Shown: in pieces, positions 7,648-15,436 of the stretch
Numbering within the stretch: position 1 is the stretch's first letter
Layout of the letters: every line of letters begins with the position of its first letter
NCBI GenBank assembly: GCA_903914415.1
Contig: CAIWOY010000327.1
Location: 1 to 15,436, forward strand
DNA: 15,436 nucleotides
Source of the DNA: an uncultured Phycisphaerales bacterium
GTDB lineage: Bacteria; Planctomycetota; Phycisphaerae; UBA1845; Fen-1342
Direction: 5' to 3'
Notes under the pieces: generated by a model
The model's database searches: none
Seen by the model: only the letters and a program-made list of their open reading frames with translations
What the model was told of the DNA's origin: nothing
Program-made: the position numbers and the translations under genes

Positions 7648-8637
7648 ATGCAAACGCGACGCTTGGGTAAGGGCGGCCCGCAGGTTTCCGCGCTGGGCCT
7701 CGGCTGCATGGGGATGTCCGACTTCTACGGCCCGCGCGACGACGCCGAGTCGCTGCGCGTCATCCAGCGCGCCATCGACCTGGGCGTGACCTTCCTCGAC
7801 ACCGCCGACATGTACGGCCCACACACCAACGAGCAGCTCGTCGGCCGGGCCCTCGCGGGCCGCCGCAACCGCGTCTTCCTCGCGACCAAGTTCGGCATCA
7901 TCCGCGACCCGCGCAACGCCGCCGCCCGCGGCGTGAACGGCCGGCCCGAGTATGTGAAGACCGCCTGCGACGGCAGCCTCCAGCGGCTCGGCGTTGATCA
8001 CATCGACCTGTACTACCAACACCGCGTCGATCGGCAGACGCCGATCGAGGACACCGTCGGCGCGATGGCCGAACTCGTCGTCGCCGGAAAAGTGCGCTAC
8101 CTCGGGCTGTCGGAGGCGTCGCCGGAGACGGTCCGGCGGGCGCACCGCGTGCACCCGATTGCGGCCCTCCAGAACGAGTACTCGCTGTGGACGCGCGACC
8201 CCGAAGCGGCGGCACTGCCGACTTGCCGCGAGTTGGGCATCGCGCTGGTCGCCTACAGCCCGCTTGGCCGCGGCTTCCTTAGCGGCGGCCTGCGGCGATT
8301 CGAGGACCTGGCCGAAGACGACTGGCGGCGGACCGTGCCGCGCTTTCAGGGGGCGAATTTCGCGAAGAACCTCGCGTTGGTGGGCTACATCGAGCAACTC
8401 GCCCGCCAGAAGGGCTGCACGGCGTCGCAGCTCGCGCTGGCGTGGGTCTTGGCGCAGGGCCCGGACATCATTCCAATCCCCGGCACCAAGCGGCTCAAAT
8501 ACCTGGAGGAAAACGTCATGGCACTCCAGGTTTACCTTTCACCCGACGAGCTGGGCCAGATCAATGCCGTCTTTCCGCTGCACGCCGCCGCCGGCGAACG
8601 CTATACGCCGGAGATGATGGGGCTGGTGAACGGGTAG
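7648..8637 (+). CDS. Aldo/keto reductase family oxidoreductase (AKR; Tas/YhdN/pyridoxal-reductase-like), 329 aa.
   Basis: [13 protein letters not shown]...[36 protein letters not shown]...[10 protein letters not shown]...[10 protein letters not shown]...[11 protein letters not shown]...[16 protein letters not shown] is the classic AKR (beta/alpha)8 motif set. Strong RBS AAGGAG at 7635-7640, 7 nt before the ATG. Confidence 0.9.
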   Translation: MQTRRLGKGGPQVSALGLGCMGMSDFYGPRDDAESLRVIQRAIDLGVTFLDTADMYGPHTNEQLVGRALAGRRNRVFLATKFGIIRDPRNAAARGVNGRPEYVKTACDGSLQRLGVDHIDLYYQHRVDRQTPIEDTVGAMAELVVAGKVRYLGLSEASPETVRRAHRVHPIAALQNEYSLWTRDPEAAALPTCRELGIALVAYSPLGRGFLSGGLRRFEDLAEDDWRRTVPRFQGANFAKNLALVGYIEQLARQKGCTASQLALAWVLAQGPDIIPIPGTKRLKYLEENVMALQVYLSPDELGQINAVFPLHAAAGERYTPEMMGLVNG

Positions 8638-8694
8638 ACGGGTGCGTTCCGAATTCAATCTGGCTTTGTAAGCGCCTTGCGGCACCCGTGTGGT

Positions 8695-8916
8695 ATGCTA
8701 CGCCCGGTCGAGGGTGCCGACATGCTGTCTGCCGGGCCAACGATGATTATCGTCATCCTGCTGGTCGGCCTCTTCATCGTGGCCGGCGTGCTCATCGGGC
8801 GGACCGGCCGCTCGTCAGCGCGTGGGCCAGACCGCATCTGCCGGGTCGCGGATTGCGGCGCCGTCAATCCGCCGAACGCGCTGTTCTGCGGGCGCTGTGG
8901 GCAGAAGCTGGACTAG
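8695..8916 (+). CDS. Small membrane protein: single TM helix plus C-terminal cytoplasmic zinc ribbon (CxxxxC...CxxC). Start uncertain.
   Basis: MLRPVEGADMLSAGPTMIIVILLVGLFIVAGVLIGRTGRSSARGPDRICRVADCGAVNPPNALFCGRCGQKLD: hydrophobic helix followed by positive-inside basic stretch, then CRVADC...CGRC. Candidate starts are ATG 8695 or 8722, or TTG 8677. It ends 35 nt before SPFH gene 1 on the same strand, so is probably co-transcribed. The overlapping minus ORF 8655..8867 has no features. Confidence 0.5.
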   Translation: MLRPVEGADMLSAGPTMIIVILLVGLFIVAGVLIGRTGRSSARGPDRICRVADCGAVNPPNALFCGRCGQKLD

Positions 8917-8950
8917 CCGCGTTGAGGGCTTGGGAACAGGGAGTGTAGCC

Positions 8951-10633
8951 ATGCCGATCGTGACACCGCCACCCGGAAGAGCGGACTCCTACTCTGGGGC
9001 TGTTCGGCGCCCGCCGGGCGGTCACCCGATCCTCGCCGTCCCCGCATTCGTCGCACTGCTGGTCGCCGCGGGGGTGGGCTACTGGTGGTTCGTGCAGCGC
9101 GTCGAGGTCAACGCCGGCGAGGTGCTGGTGCTGGTGCGCAAAGTCGGGGGCGAGCTGCCGACGAGCGCGGTGGAGGGTCGAGAGCTGCCCGGCGCCGTCG
9201 ACCAGCAGGTCGTGCTGTACCCGAGCCTGCTCGCGGCCCTCGGCGAGAAACCCGAGTCGACGCGCTACAAGGGGATTCTGTACGATGTGAAGACCGAAGG
9301 CCGCCACTTCTACGACCCCTTCCTTTGGAAGCGCCTCAAGTTCCTCGCCCAGCAGGTCAAGGATGACGAGATCGGCATCCTGGTCCGCAAGTTCGGCAGA
9401 CCGCTGCCGCCGGGGCAGATCGTCGCCACGCAACCCGACGAGCGCGGCCCGCTCGCCGACGTGCTCCGGCCCGGGCGCTACAACCTCAACCCGTTCGCAT
9501 ACGAGATCAAACGCGTGCGGCCCGTGGTCATCACCGCCGGCAACGTCGGCGTGCAGACGCTCTACTCCGGCCGCGACCCCGCGACCGCGAACGCCTACGT
9601 CGTCGCGACGGGTGAGCGCGGCGTTCAGCCGGACGTGCTCCCGCCGGGCATGTACTACAACAACCTGTATGTCCGCCGCATCGATTCGATCGACACGCGC
9701 AGTCACACGATTGACATGCAGGGGGACGATGCGATCCGGTTTCCCTCCAACGATAGCTTCGAGATCCTGGTGGACTGCACGGTGGAATACGCGATTCGGC
9801 AGGACGTCGCCCCGTACGTCATGGTCGCGATCGGCACGCACGACGACATCCGCGAGAAGCTGATTTTGCCGTACGCGCGGTCGCTGTGTCGGATCGAGGG
9901 GTCGAAGCTGCTGGCGCGCGATTTCATCGGCGGGGAGACGCGCGGCGCGCTTCAGAAACGGGTGTTCGAGGGGCTGAAGGAACAGTGCTACACGCAGGGC
10001 ATTGAGGTGCGATCGACGCTGATCCGCCGCATTGTGCCGCCGAACGAGATCGCCGGCCCGATCAGCGATCGGCAGGTCGCCGGTCAGCAGATCATGCAAT
10101 ACGAGAACGAGATGAAGGTCGCCGAGTCGGAGGCGCGGCTGGTCGAGCAGCAGGAGATGAAGAACCAGAATCAGGCCGTCGGGCAGGCCAACCGCGAGGT
10201 CGTCACGGTCGTGAAGGAGGCCGAGCAGGGCAAGTCAGTGGCGCTCACCGGAGCCAACCAGCGGCTCGAAGTGGCCAAGCTGAACCTCGAGGCGGCGCGG
10301 CAAACGGCTGCCGCGATCCTGTCGCGCGGCCAGGCCGAGGCCGAGGTCGCGCTGCTGCGGTTCGCGGCCGAGGCGCAGCCGCTGCACGACGCGGTCCTCG
10401 CGTTCGGCGACGGCGAGACGTACGCCCAGTACTTCTTCTATCAGAAGCTCGGGCCCGCGGTGAAGAGCGTGCTGGCCAGCACCGACGGGCCGCTGGCGGA
10501 CATCTTCAAGGCGCTCTCGCACGCCCCGCCGGGGGGGGCGGCGCCACCGAAACCGCCGCCAGCGCGCGAGTCGCGCGGTGCGGCGGCAGGCGGCGCCGAG
10601 GCGAAGCCGGCGGAGACAGGAGGTCAGCCATGA
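8951..10633 (+). CDS. Flotillin-like SPFH/Band-7 domain membrane protein, paralog 1 (560 aa): N-terminal TM anchor, triplicated SPFH N-terminal beta-hairpin module, SPFH core, EA-rich coiled coil, Pro/Ala-rich tail.
   Basis: Start at ATG 8951 with AGGGAG RBS at 8938-8943; the ORF-track start 8822 overlaps the upstream gene and has no RBS. TM ILAVPAFVALLVAAGVGYWWFV. Repeated module [G-(V/I)-L-V-R-K-(V/F)-G ... L-(R/P)-PG-x-Y-x-x-N-(P/L)-x-x-Y-x-(V/I)]: VLVLVRKVGGELP, IGILVRKFGRPLP...LRPGRYNLNPFAYEIKRV, LPPGMYYNNLYVRRI. SPFH core IRFPSNDSFEILVDCTVEYAI...IEVRSTLIRRIVPPNE (compare HflK/C, stomatin). Coiled coil QIMQYENEMKVAESEARLVEQQE...AEAEVALLRFAAEAQ. Tail APPGGAAPPKPPPARE. Confidence 0.8.
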   Translation: MPIVTPPPGRADSYSGAVRRPPGGHPILAVPAFVALLVAAGVGYWWFVQRVEVNAGEVLVLVRKVGGELPTSAVEGRELPGAVDQQVVLYPSLLAALGEKPESTRYKGILYDVKTEGRHFYDPFLWKRLKFLAQQVKDDEIGILVRKFGRPLPPGQIVATQPDERGPLADVLRPGRYNLNPFAYEIKRVRPVVITAGNVGVQTLYSGRDPATANAYVVATGERGVQPDVLPPGMYYNNLYVRRIDSIDTRSHTIDMQGDDAIRFPSNDSFEILVDCTVEYAIRQDVAPYVMVAIGTHDDIREKLILPYARSLCRIEGSKLLARDFIGGETRGALQKRVFEGLKEQCYTQGIEVRSTLIRRIVPPNEIAGPISDRQVAGQQIMQYENEMKVAESEARLVEQQEMKNQNQAVGQANREVVTVVKEAEQGKSVALTGANQRLEVAKLNLEAARQTAAAILSRGQAEAEVALLRFAAEAQPLHDAVLAFGDGETYAQYFFYQKLGPAVKSVLASTDGPLADIFKALSHAPPGGAAPPKPPPARESRGAAAGGAEAKPAETGGQP

Positions 10634-12477
10634 GACTCACCCGCATCATCGCTGCTGCCATTGGAGCTGCGGTCGTTTTCGCCGGTGTCAGCGTCGGCTT
10701 CCTGTGGGCCTTTTGCCGGGTGTACGTCCCGCCGGACCAGTGCCTCGTGCTGATTCGCAAGACGGGGGCAGACCTGCCGCGGGGCGAGAAGATCGCGGGG
10801 CCCGGGCAGAAGGGAATCCAGCGTGAGACGCTGGGGCCGGGCCGTTATTTCTTCAACCCGTGGGTATGGGATTGGGAGTTGCATCCGCTGGTGGAGATTC
10901 CCGCGGGCGAGCCGGCCGTGTGGCAGGAGTTCTACGAGGAAGCCGCCTCGGATATTGCCAATCCGAAGATAGACCTGAAGAACTGGCCGGAAGTCGGCAT
11001 CGTGGTCAACAAAGTCGGCCGGCCGGCGGCAAACGCGGAGGAGGTCGTCGACGAGGGGTACCAGGGGATTCAGCGGCAGGTGCTGACGCCGGGCGTCTAT
11101 CGCATCAACCCCTACGTCTACGAGGTCAACCACGTGCCCGCGACGGTGGTGCCGCTCGGCTTCTGCGGGGTCGTCACGTCGCAGTTGGGCGAGCTGCCCG
11201 GCACGGAAACCGTGGAGGACATCAGCAGCGGGGCGGACGGCCAGCCTGTCGCGGGCCACCCGAAGGTGATCCAGAGACTCGCGGTGGCGGGGCAGCGCGG
11301 CGTGCTGCGCGACGTGCTCCAGCCCGGGATCTACTACCTCAACCCGTACGTGTACAAGGTGCAGATCGTGCAGGTGGGCTACAACCAGATCTCGCAGCTT
11401 GCGCAGCGCATGCGAGCCGAAAAGGGCGTGCAGTACCTGGAGAACGTACGGCCGCAGCAGGTCGAGGAGATCAGCCCGCAGAAGGGAGGTAAGTCGGCCC
11501 AGCCGCAAGCGGCAGCTGGCCGAAAGGCCCAGGCCGCGCAGCAGCAGTTGCAGATCAGCCCGCAGCAGGCGGAGCAGGTGGCCCCGCAGGACCTGAGCAC
11601 GCATATCAGCTTCCCCTCGAAGGACGGCTTTACGATCGAGGTCGAGGTGACCGTGGTGTGGGGGCGCCATCCGTCGCATACCGCCGAGATGCTCAACCGT
11701 TTCGGCGATCTGGGCAAAATCAAGGAGATTATCCTCGGTCAGATGCGCAGCATCTGTCGCAACCTGGGGTCGGAGTACGAGAGCACCGACTTCATCCGCG
11801 GCGAGAAACGCGAGATGTATCAGCACGCCGTCACGGACACGCTCCGCCGCGTGTGCCGCGAGCGCGACATCGAGATCCTGATCGCGCTGATCCACAACAT
11901 TGAGGTGCGCGGGAGCCCACAGGCCGAGAAGGAAGGGATGGACCTGAAGCAGACGATCCAGCGCGGGTACATCGCGCGCGAGCAGGATCTGACCAAACAG
12001 GCTCAGAAGGAGACGGCGCGGGTGCAGGCCGACCTGGAAACCGCCAAGGTGTTGGTGGACGTGGCCCGCGAGCGGATTGCCGCCGAGACGCGTAAGAAAG
12101 CCGCGGAAATCAAGGCGGAGGGGCAGAAGAAGGCCCAGGAGACCGAGGCGCAGCGGGATCTGGAAGTCGCGACGGTGGAAAAACAGATCGCCGAGCTCGA
12201 CGCGGAGACCACACGCGTGCTGGGCCGCGCCAAGACCGACGTGGAACGCCTCATCAACCAGGCCCGGGCCGATGGCAAGCGCATGATGGTCGAGGCGTTC
12301 GGCTCCGGGCGGGCCTACAACCTCTACACGTTCGCCGAGAGCTTCGCGCCCGAGAGCATCCGGCTGATCTTCGCCGGCGAGGGCACGTTCTGGACGGACC
12401 TGACACACCTACAGGACGCGGCTGCGATGGAGCTGCTGAAATCGTCGAGCGAGAAGAAGGCCGCGGGCAGCCGGTAG
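10630..12477 (+). CDS. Flotillin-like SPFH/Band-7 domain membrane protein, paralog 2 (615 aa), translationally coupled to paralog 1.
   Basis: ATG 10630 overlaps the upstream TGA (ATGA, 10630-10633). AGGAGG RBS at 10618-10623. TM IIAAAIGAAVVFAGVSVGFLWAF. Modules: CLVLIRKTGADLP...LGPGRYFFNPWVWDWEL; VGIVVNKVGRPAAN...LTPGVYRINPYVYEVNHV; LQPGIYYLNPYVYKVQIV. SPFH core ISFPSKDGFTIEVEVTVVW...IEILIALIHNIEVRG. Q-rich low-complexity linker ISPQKGG...QLQISPQQAEQVAPQ. Long E/K/A coiled coil. Confidence 0.8.
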   Translation: MRLTRIIAAAIGAAVVFAGVSVGFLWAFCRVYVPPDQCLVLIRKTGADLPRGEKIAGPGQKGIQRETLGPGRYFFNPWVWDWELHPLVEIPAGEPAVWQEFYEEAASDIANPKIDLKNWPEVGIVVNKVGRPAANAEEVVDEGYQGIQRQVLTPGVYRINPYVYEVNHVPATVVPLGFCGVVTSQLGELPGTETVEDISSGADGQPVAGHPKVIQRLAVAGQRGVLRDVLQPGIYYLNPYVYKVQIVQVGYNQISQLAQRMRAEKGVQYLENVRPQQVEEISPQKGGKSAQPQAAAGRKAQAAQQQLQISPQQAEQVAPQDLSTHISFPSKDGFTIEVEVTVVWGRHPSHTAEMLNRFGDLGKIKEIILGQMRSICRNLGSEYESTDFIRGEKREMYQHAVTDTLRRVCRERDIEILIALIHNIEVRGSPQAEKEGMDLKQTIQRGYIAREQDLTKQAQKETARVQADLETAKVLVDVARERIAAETRKKAAEIKAEGQKKAQETEAQRDLEVATVEKQIAELDAETTRVLGRAKTDVERLINQARADGKRMMVEAFGSGRAYNLYTFAESFAPESIRLIFAGEGTFWTDLTHLQDAAAMELLKSSSEKKAAGSR

Positions 12478-12513
12478 GGCGGCGCGTGATCGAGTCACGA
12501 CTGGAAATGTAGC

Positions 12514-12577
12514 GGCCGGGCCCCGTACCGGCCGTAGGAGTTCGGTTGACCTTCTACGGCCGGTACGGGGCCCAGCC
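12514..12577. terminator. Long GC-rich hairpin (24-bp stem, 1 mismatch, 16-nt loop) between convergent genes. Candidate bidirectional terminator or REP-like element.
   Basis: 12514-12537 ggccgggccccgtaccggccgtag. 12554-12577 ctacggccggtacggggcccagcc is its reverse complement except one position (a for g). Lies between the SPFH-2 stop (12477) and the DUF3857 gene stop (12622). No U-tract follows, so it is not a canonical intrinsic terminator. Confidence 0.45.
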
Positions 12578-12621
12578 GCCACATTCCCGACCGCAGCGCC
12601 CGCGTGCTCGTGCGCGGGACG

Positions 12622-14703
12622 TTACGGCTTCAGGATCACCGTCCGGGCACGCTCGCTGCGCAGCTCGTTCAGCGGGCGGCGCAGCGCGAGGAAATCCGCC
12701 GCCGAGAGCTCCGCCTGGTTGACGGCCGTGTGCCGCGTGATTGTCAGGCTGTGCTCGTCGGGGGTGGTCGCCTGCTCGACCAGGCCCCACGGGCCGAAGA
12801 CGCCCGGTCCCGGCGCGCCGGCACTCGGCTGCGCTTCGACGCTCCACTTCTCGGGCCACTCGATCGTCAACTCGATCTGTTCGTCAAACGGGCCGGGCAG
12901 CCGCATCGGCAACAGACGCTCGCTGGCCGCCAGCGGCAACGCCACGTCCGCGAGGAACGGCCCATCCTCCGCAAGCGCCAGGAAGTACCGGCCGCCGATT
13001 TTCTTCAGCGGCTTGCTAGACTTGACCTTGGCCTCCGCGTCGAACTGCCCCTCGGCCAGCGCGGTCACCGAGTAACTCTCGACGTTCACGTCCGGCAGCA
13101 GGCGGCCGAGCAGCGCGCCGACCCGCGCCTTCTGGGCCTCGCCGGTCCGCAGCTTCTCCGACGCGGCGAACAGCCCGCTGATCCGCAGAGACACGCTGCC
13201 CGCAAAGTTGCCGTCCTCAGCCAGCGTCACCTTGCCCGCGATGCCGAGCCGGCTCTCGGCCGCGTAGCTCCACCGTCGCAGCGGCGAATACTCCCGCTCC
13301 GCTCCTGCGGCCGTGAGCGGCGGGAAGATCCGGTAGCCGGCCCACTGCCCCTCGCGAACGATGCGCCCCCGTCGCGCTTCCCACAAATCGGCCCCGACGC
13401 TCAGATCGTACTGCCCGTTCGCGTCCACCCGCGGGAAGAGCCCGACGACGTACGCCGCCACCATGCCGTCTTGCGGCGCGCCCGCCCGCCAGCCGTCTTC
13501 CGCCACGAGCACGCCCGGCCGCGCTTCGATCCCCATGGCGTGTACTAGCGCCAGAAACAACGCGGCCGCTTCTTCCGGCTGGCCATAGTTGCACGCGACG
13601 ACCTCGGACGCGGGACGTAGCTGCGCAGGCCGCCAAGCCACGTTGAACTCAACGAAGTTGAAGGTCACGGCGAGCTTGTCCTGGAGGGCGCGCACGACTT
13701 CGGCGTCGCCTTGCTTGCCCTTCGTCCATTCCCTGGCGAGCTTGTCGAGCGCTTCCGATTGATCCGCCGCCGCGCTAATCCGCTCCAGGATGGCCTTGAG
13801 CCACTGCTCCGGCGGCCCGGCGGTGCTGAACGCCAGTCGCGGGCAGCGCGTCGGCCACGGCGGGGCCTGCGGCTCGTCCGGATTGGCCGGCAGGTCGTGG
13901 AAGGTCCAGCGGTACGGACCGTGCTCCGCCGGGGGCGCCGTTTTCTCCGTCGAGAGATTGTCCAACACGTACGACAGCTTCGCGCCGTCGGGCACCATCA
14001 CCTCGATCGTCCGCTGCACAACCGGATAGCGGTGGTCCAGCCGCAGATCGGCCGCCAGGTACGGCTTGGTGCCGGGTTGGCGCGTGATCTTATATTCCAA
14101 CTCGACGAGGCAGCCGGGCTCGATGCCGCTCATCACGAGCAGGTGCTGGCGGATGCCCGCGAACGCCGGCCACCCGGCAGTCGCATTCGGGGAAACCGTC
14201 ACGTGCGCGTACGGCGGCAGCTCGCGGACGCTGCCGTCGGGCCGCCGCACCTGCGCCACGAGAATGTCCAGCTTGTCCTGCTCGACGTGGTAGGTGATGC
14301 GCGGATCGGCAAACTCGCCGTAGGCGCGCTCGTTGTTGAGCCGGACGTGTTTCTTCTCGTGGTAGACCATTGAGCCGTCGGCGTTGAGCGTCCATTGCTG
14401 CTCCCACAGCTCGATCACGGCGTCCGGCACGGGTGCGGAGGTCGGCATGGACGCCGGCGCGGAGGCCGGTGCCGACGTGCGCGACGTTGCCGGCGCGGAC
14501 GCGGGTGCCGACGTGCGCGACGTTGCCGGCGCGGACGCGGGTGCCGACGTGCGCGACGTCGCCGGCGCGCTCGCCGGCTGCGCGACCAGCAGCGCGGGCA
14601 GGCCGAACGTCAGGAGCAGCGCCAGCGCGGCCCCGCGCAGCCTCGGCGTTTTGTCGCTTCGTCGCTGCTGAACGCTACTGCGCATGGGCGACCTCCACCT
14701 CAC
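12622..14703 (-). CDS. Secreted DUF3857-type / transglutaminase-like domain protein (693 aa) with a repetitive Ser/Ala/Pro/Thr linker after the signal peptide.
   Basis: Signal peptide RLRGAALALLLTFGLPALLVAQPASA. (SAPATSRTSAPA)x3 linker. Transglutaminase-core Cys motif VVACNYGQPEEAAALFLALVHAMGIEARPGVLV (compare G-x-C-x-x-[FY]-A-x-L-x-x-A-L-x-R-x-x-G-I-P-A-R). Overall N-domain / TGase-like / C-domain layout typical of DUF3857-TGase-DUF3858 proteins. No obvious His partner was found, so it may be non-catalytic. Stop TAA at 12624..12622. Confidence 0.65.
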   Translation of the reverse strand: MRWRSPMRSSVQQRRSDKTPRLRGAALALLLTFGLPALLVAQPASAPATSRTSAPASAPATSRTSAPASAPATSRTSAPASAPASMPTSAPVPDAVIELWEQQWTLNADGSMVYHEKKHVRLNNERAYGEFADPRITYHVEQDKLDILVAQVRRPDGSVRELPPYAHVTVSPNATAGWPAFAGIRQHLLVMSGIEPGCLVELEYKITRQPGTKPYLAADLRLDHRYPVVQRTIEVMVPDGAKLSYVLDNLSTEKTAPPAEHGPYRWTFHDLPANPDEPQAPPWPTRCPRLAFSTAGPPEQWLKAILERISAAADQSEALDKLAREWTKGKQGDAEVVRALQDKLAVTFNFVEFNVAWRPAQLRPASEVVACNYGQPEEAAALFLALVHAMGIEARPGVLVAEDGWRAGAPQDGMVAAYVVGLFPRVDANGQYDLSVGADLWEARRGRIVREGQWAGYRIFPPLTAAGAEREYSPLRRWSYAAESRLGIAGKVTLAEDGNFAGSVSLRISGLFAASEKLRTGEAQKARVGALLGRLLPDVNVESYSVTALAEGQFDAEAKVKSSKPLKKIGGRYFLALAEDGPFLADVALPLAASERLLPMRLPGPFDEQIELTIEWPEKWSVEAQPSAGAPGPGVFGPWGLVEQATTPDEHSLTITRHTAVNQAELSAADFLALRRPLNELRSERARTVILKP
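14469..14570. repeat. 36-bp in-frame tandem direct repeat, about 3 copies plus a partial leading copy, encoding the SAPASAPATSRT linker of the DUF3857/TGase-like protein.
   Basis: Unit gtgccgacgtgcgcgacgttgccggcgcggacgcgg at 14469-14504 and 14505-14540 (identical). A third copy starts at 14541 and diverges after gtgccgacgtgcgcgacgtcgccggcgcg. A partial related copy lies at 14451-14468. Confidence 0.8.
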
Positions 14704-15436
14704 ACGTGACTACCGGCCCCGCCAACTCCTCGAACTTGTCGATCACGCTCCGATAGTGGCCGTACTCGTCCGATGGCACGATCCACCGCTTCACCACCAG
14801 CTCGCACGTGTAGTGGAGCTGCCCCGGCGAAGAATCGATCTTGAAATGCAGGCCCGCGACCGGATAGTCGAGATCGACCGGATCGGGCTTCCGCGTCACC
14901 TCCCAGCCCGCCGGCAGCGCGATCGTCTCCTCGAACCTGGCCAGGCGCGTGGCCCGGAGCTGCAGCCCGTACTTCCGCTCTTTGGCAGACGTGTTCCCGA
15001 AGAGGTCGTTGAGCATCCGATCGCCAAACACCGTCTTCAGCATCGGTAGCGCCAGGTACCGCTGCGGGCCGTCGCCGAGGGCGAAGCCGTCAACCTCGTA
15101 CTTGGCCTGGATCGCGATCGGACCCGAGAAATCCACCGGATCGGTGCACGCGACCAACGTCGCCCGGGCGTTCGGGCTCAGCCGCTGAAACGTCTCGTCG
15201 AAGAGCCCGTCGCGCTCGTCCGGCGGCAGGGCCGCCAGCGCCCGCCGCAGGCGGCCCTCCGGCGCGCCGTTCGCGGTGAATTCCAGGCTGCCGGACAGTC
15301 CGTTCTCCGCATCGATCGTGCTCGTCGCCTGCCACGTCGCCTGGTTATCCTCCGGCGGGAAGTCCGGCGACTGCGACAACCCCTTGCCCTCGGGCAGGCC
15401 GTACACGACGTACTGGAGCGGCTCGAGCGTCGACCA
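14675..15436 (-). CDS. Hypothetical protein, 3' part only (ORF open to the window end). The C-terminal region resembles that of the downstream DUF3857/TGase-like protein, so it is probably a tandem paralog.
   Basis: The frame is open from 15436 down to stop 14677..14675. The listed GTG at 15406 is internal; upstream codons WSTLEPLQYVV lack a stop. C-terminal segment IALPAGWEVTRKPDPVDLDYPVAGLHFKIDSSPGQLHYTCELVVKRW...VIDKFEEL parallels IELTIEWPEKWSVEAQPSAG...HSLTITRHTAVNQAEL...LRRPLNEL of the 693-aa protein. It overlaps the downstream start by 11-29 nt. Confidence 0.5.
   Translation of the reverse strand, partial: WSTLEPLQYVVYGLPEGKGLSQSPDFPPEDNQATWQATSTIDAENGLSGSLEFTANGAPEGRLRRALAALPPDERDGLFDETFQRLSPNARATLVACTDPVDFSGPIAIQAKYEVDGFALGDGPQRYLALPMLKTVFGDRMLNDLFGNTSAKERKYGLQLRATRLARFEETIALPAGWEVTRKPDPVDLDYPVAGLHFKIDSSPGQLHYTCELVVKRWIVPSDEYGHYRSVIDKFEELAGPVVTCEVEVAHAQ

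Noticed and set aside
7141-8397. 418-aa minus ORF and the + ORFs 6684..7379 and 7994..8617
   Set aside because: They overlap the well-supported AKR and C10 peptidase genes in other frames and have R-rich nonsense composition.
8822-8950. ORF-track start (8822) for SPFH protein 1
   Set aside because: It overlaps the upstream zinc-ribbon gene by 95 nt and has no RBS. ATG 8951 has an AGGGAG RBS and is immediately followed by the TM helix.
8864-12408. Large minus-strand ORFs 8864..10099 (411 aa) and 10624..12408 (594 aa)
   Set aside because: Antisense shadows of the two SPFH genes. Their translations are Arg/Leu/Ala/Asp-rich without domains, and the + strand genes have RBSs, TM helices and SPFH motifs.
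12604-14373. + strand ORFs 12604..13548 and 13711..14373
   Set aside because: Antisense to the DUF3857/TGase-like gene, which has a signal peptide, repeats and the TGase Cys motif. Their composition is typical of GC-rich shadow frames.
1-15436. Searched for tRNA/tmRNA, CRISPR arrays, integrase/transposase genes and island-flanking direct repeats
   Set aside because: None recognised by eye. Finding att-like direct repeats flanking about 3741 and about 5810 would need a computational repeat search that I cannot run.

Overview
This is a high-GC (about 70-75% by eye) bacterial chromosomal segment with 11 supportable protein-coding genes. Secreted dockerin, C10 peptidase and SPFH proteins suggest a Planctomycetota-like lineage, but that is a weak inference. 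Six-frame shadow ORFs are abundant, as expected at this GC; genes were called from recognisable family motifs, signal peptides, RBS spacing and start/stop coupling.

Gene order:
- MR/MLE enolase-superfamily enzyme (-, 5' end off-window), partial
- PBP_like_2/PstS-family lipoprotein (-)
- asnS (+)
- about 2 kb lower-GC cassette (about 50-63% GC) with its own AT-rich leader and a perfect 11-bp palindrome, encoding an ABC-type AAA ATPase plus an RloB-like TOPRIM protein (+,+)
- C10 streptopain-like peptidase with Spi/pro-domain and C-terminal dockerin (-)
- aldo/keto reductase (+)
- operon of a small TM + zinc-ribbon protein and two translationally coupled, paralogous flotillin/SPFH-like membrane proteins with triplicated N-terminal beta-hairpin modules (+)
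- long GC-rich hairpin between convergent genes
- two tandem DUF3857/transglutaminase-like secreted paralogs (-), the first carrying a 36-bp x3 in-frame tandem repeat

The ATPase/RloB pair resembles an AbiL/RloAB-like two-gene abortive-infection module. It is the best candidate for a horizontally acquired defence cassette. The zinc-ribbon/SPFH-pair operon is the most plausible uncharacterised system.

No rRNA, tRNA, CRISPR array, integrase or transposase was recognised. All family assignments are motif-based reading without database searches.
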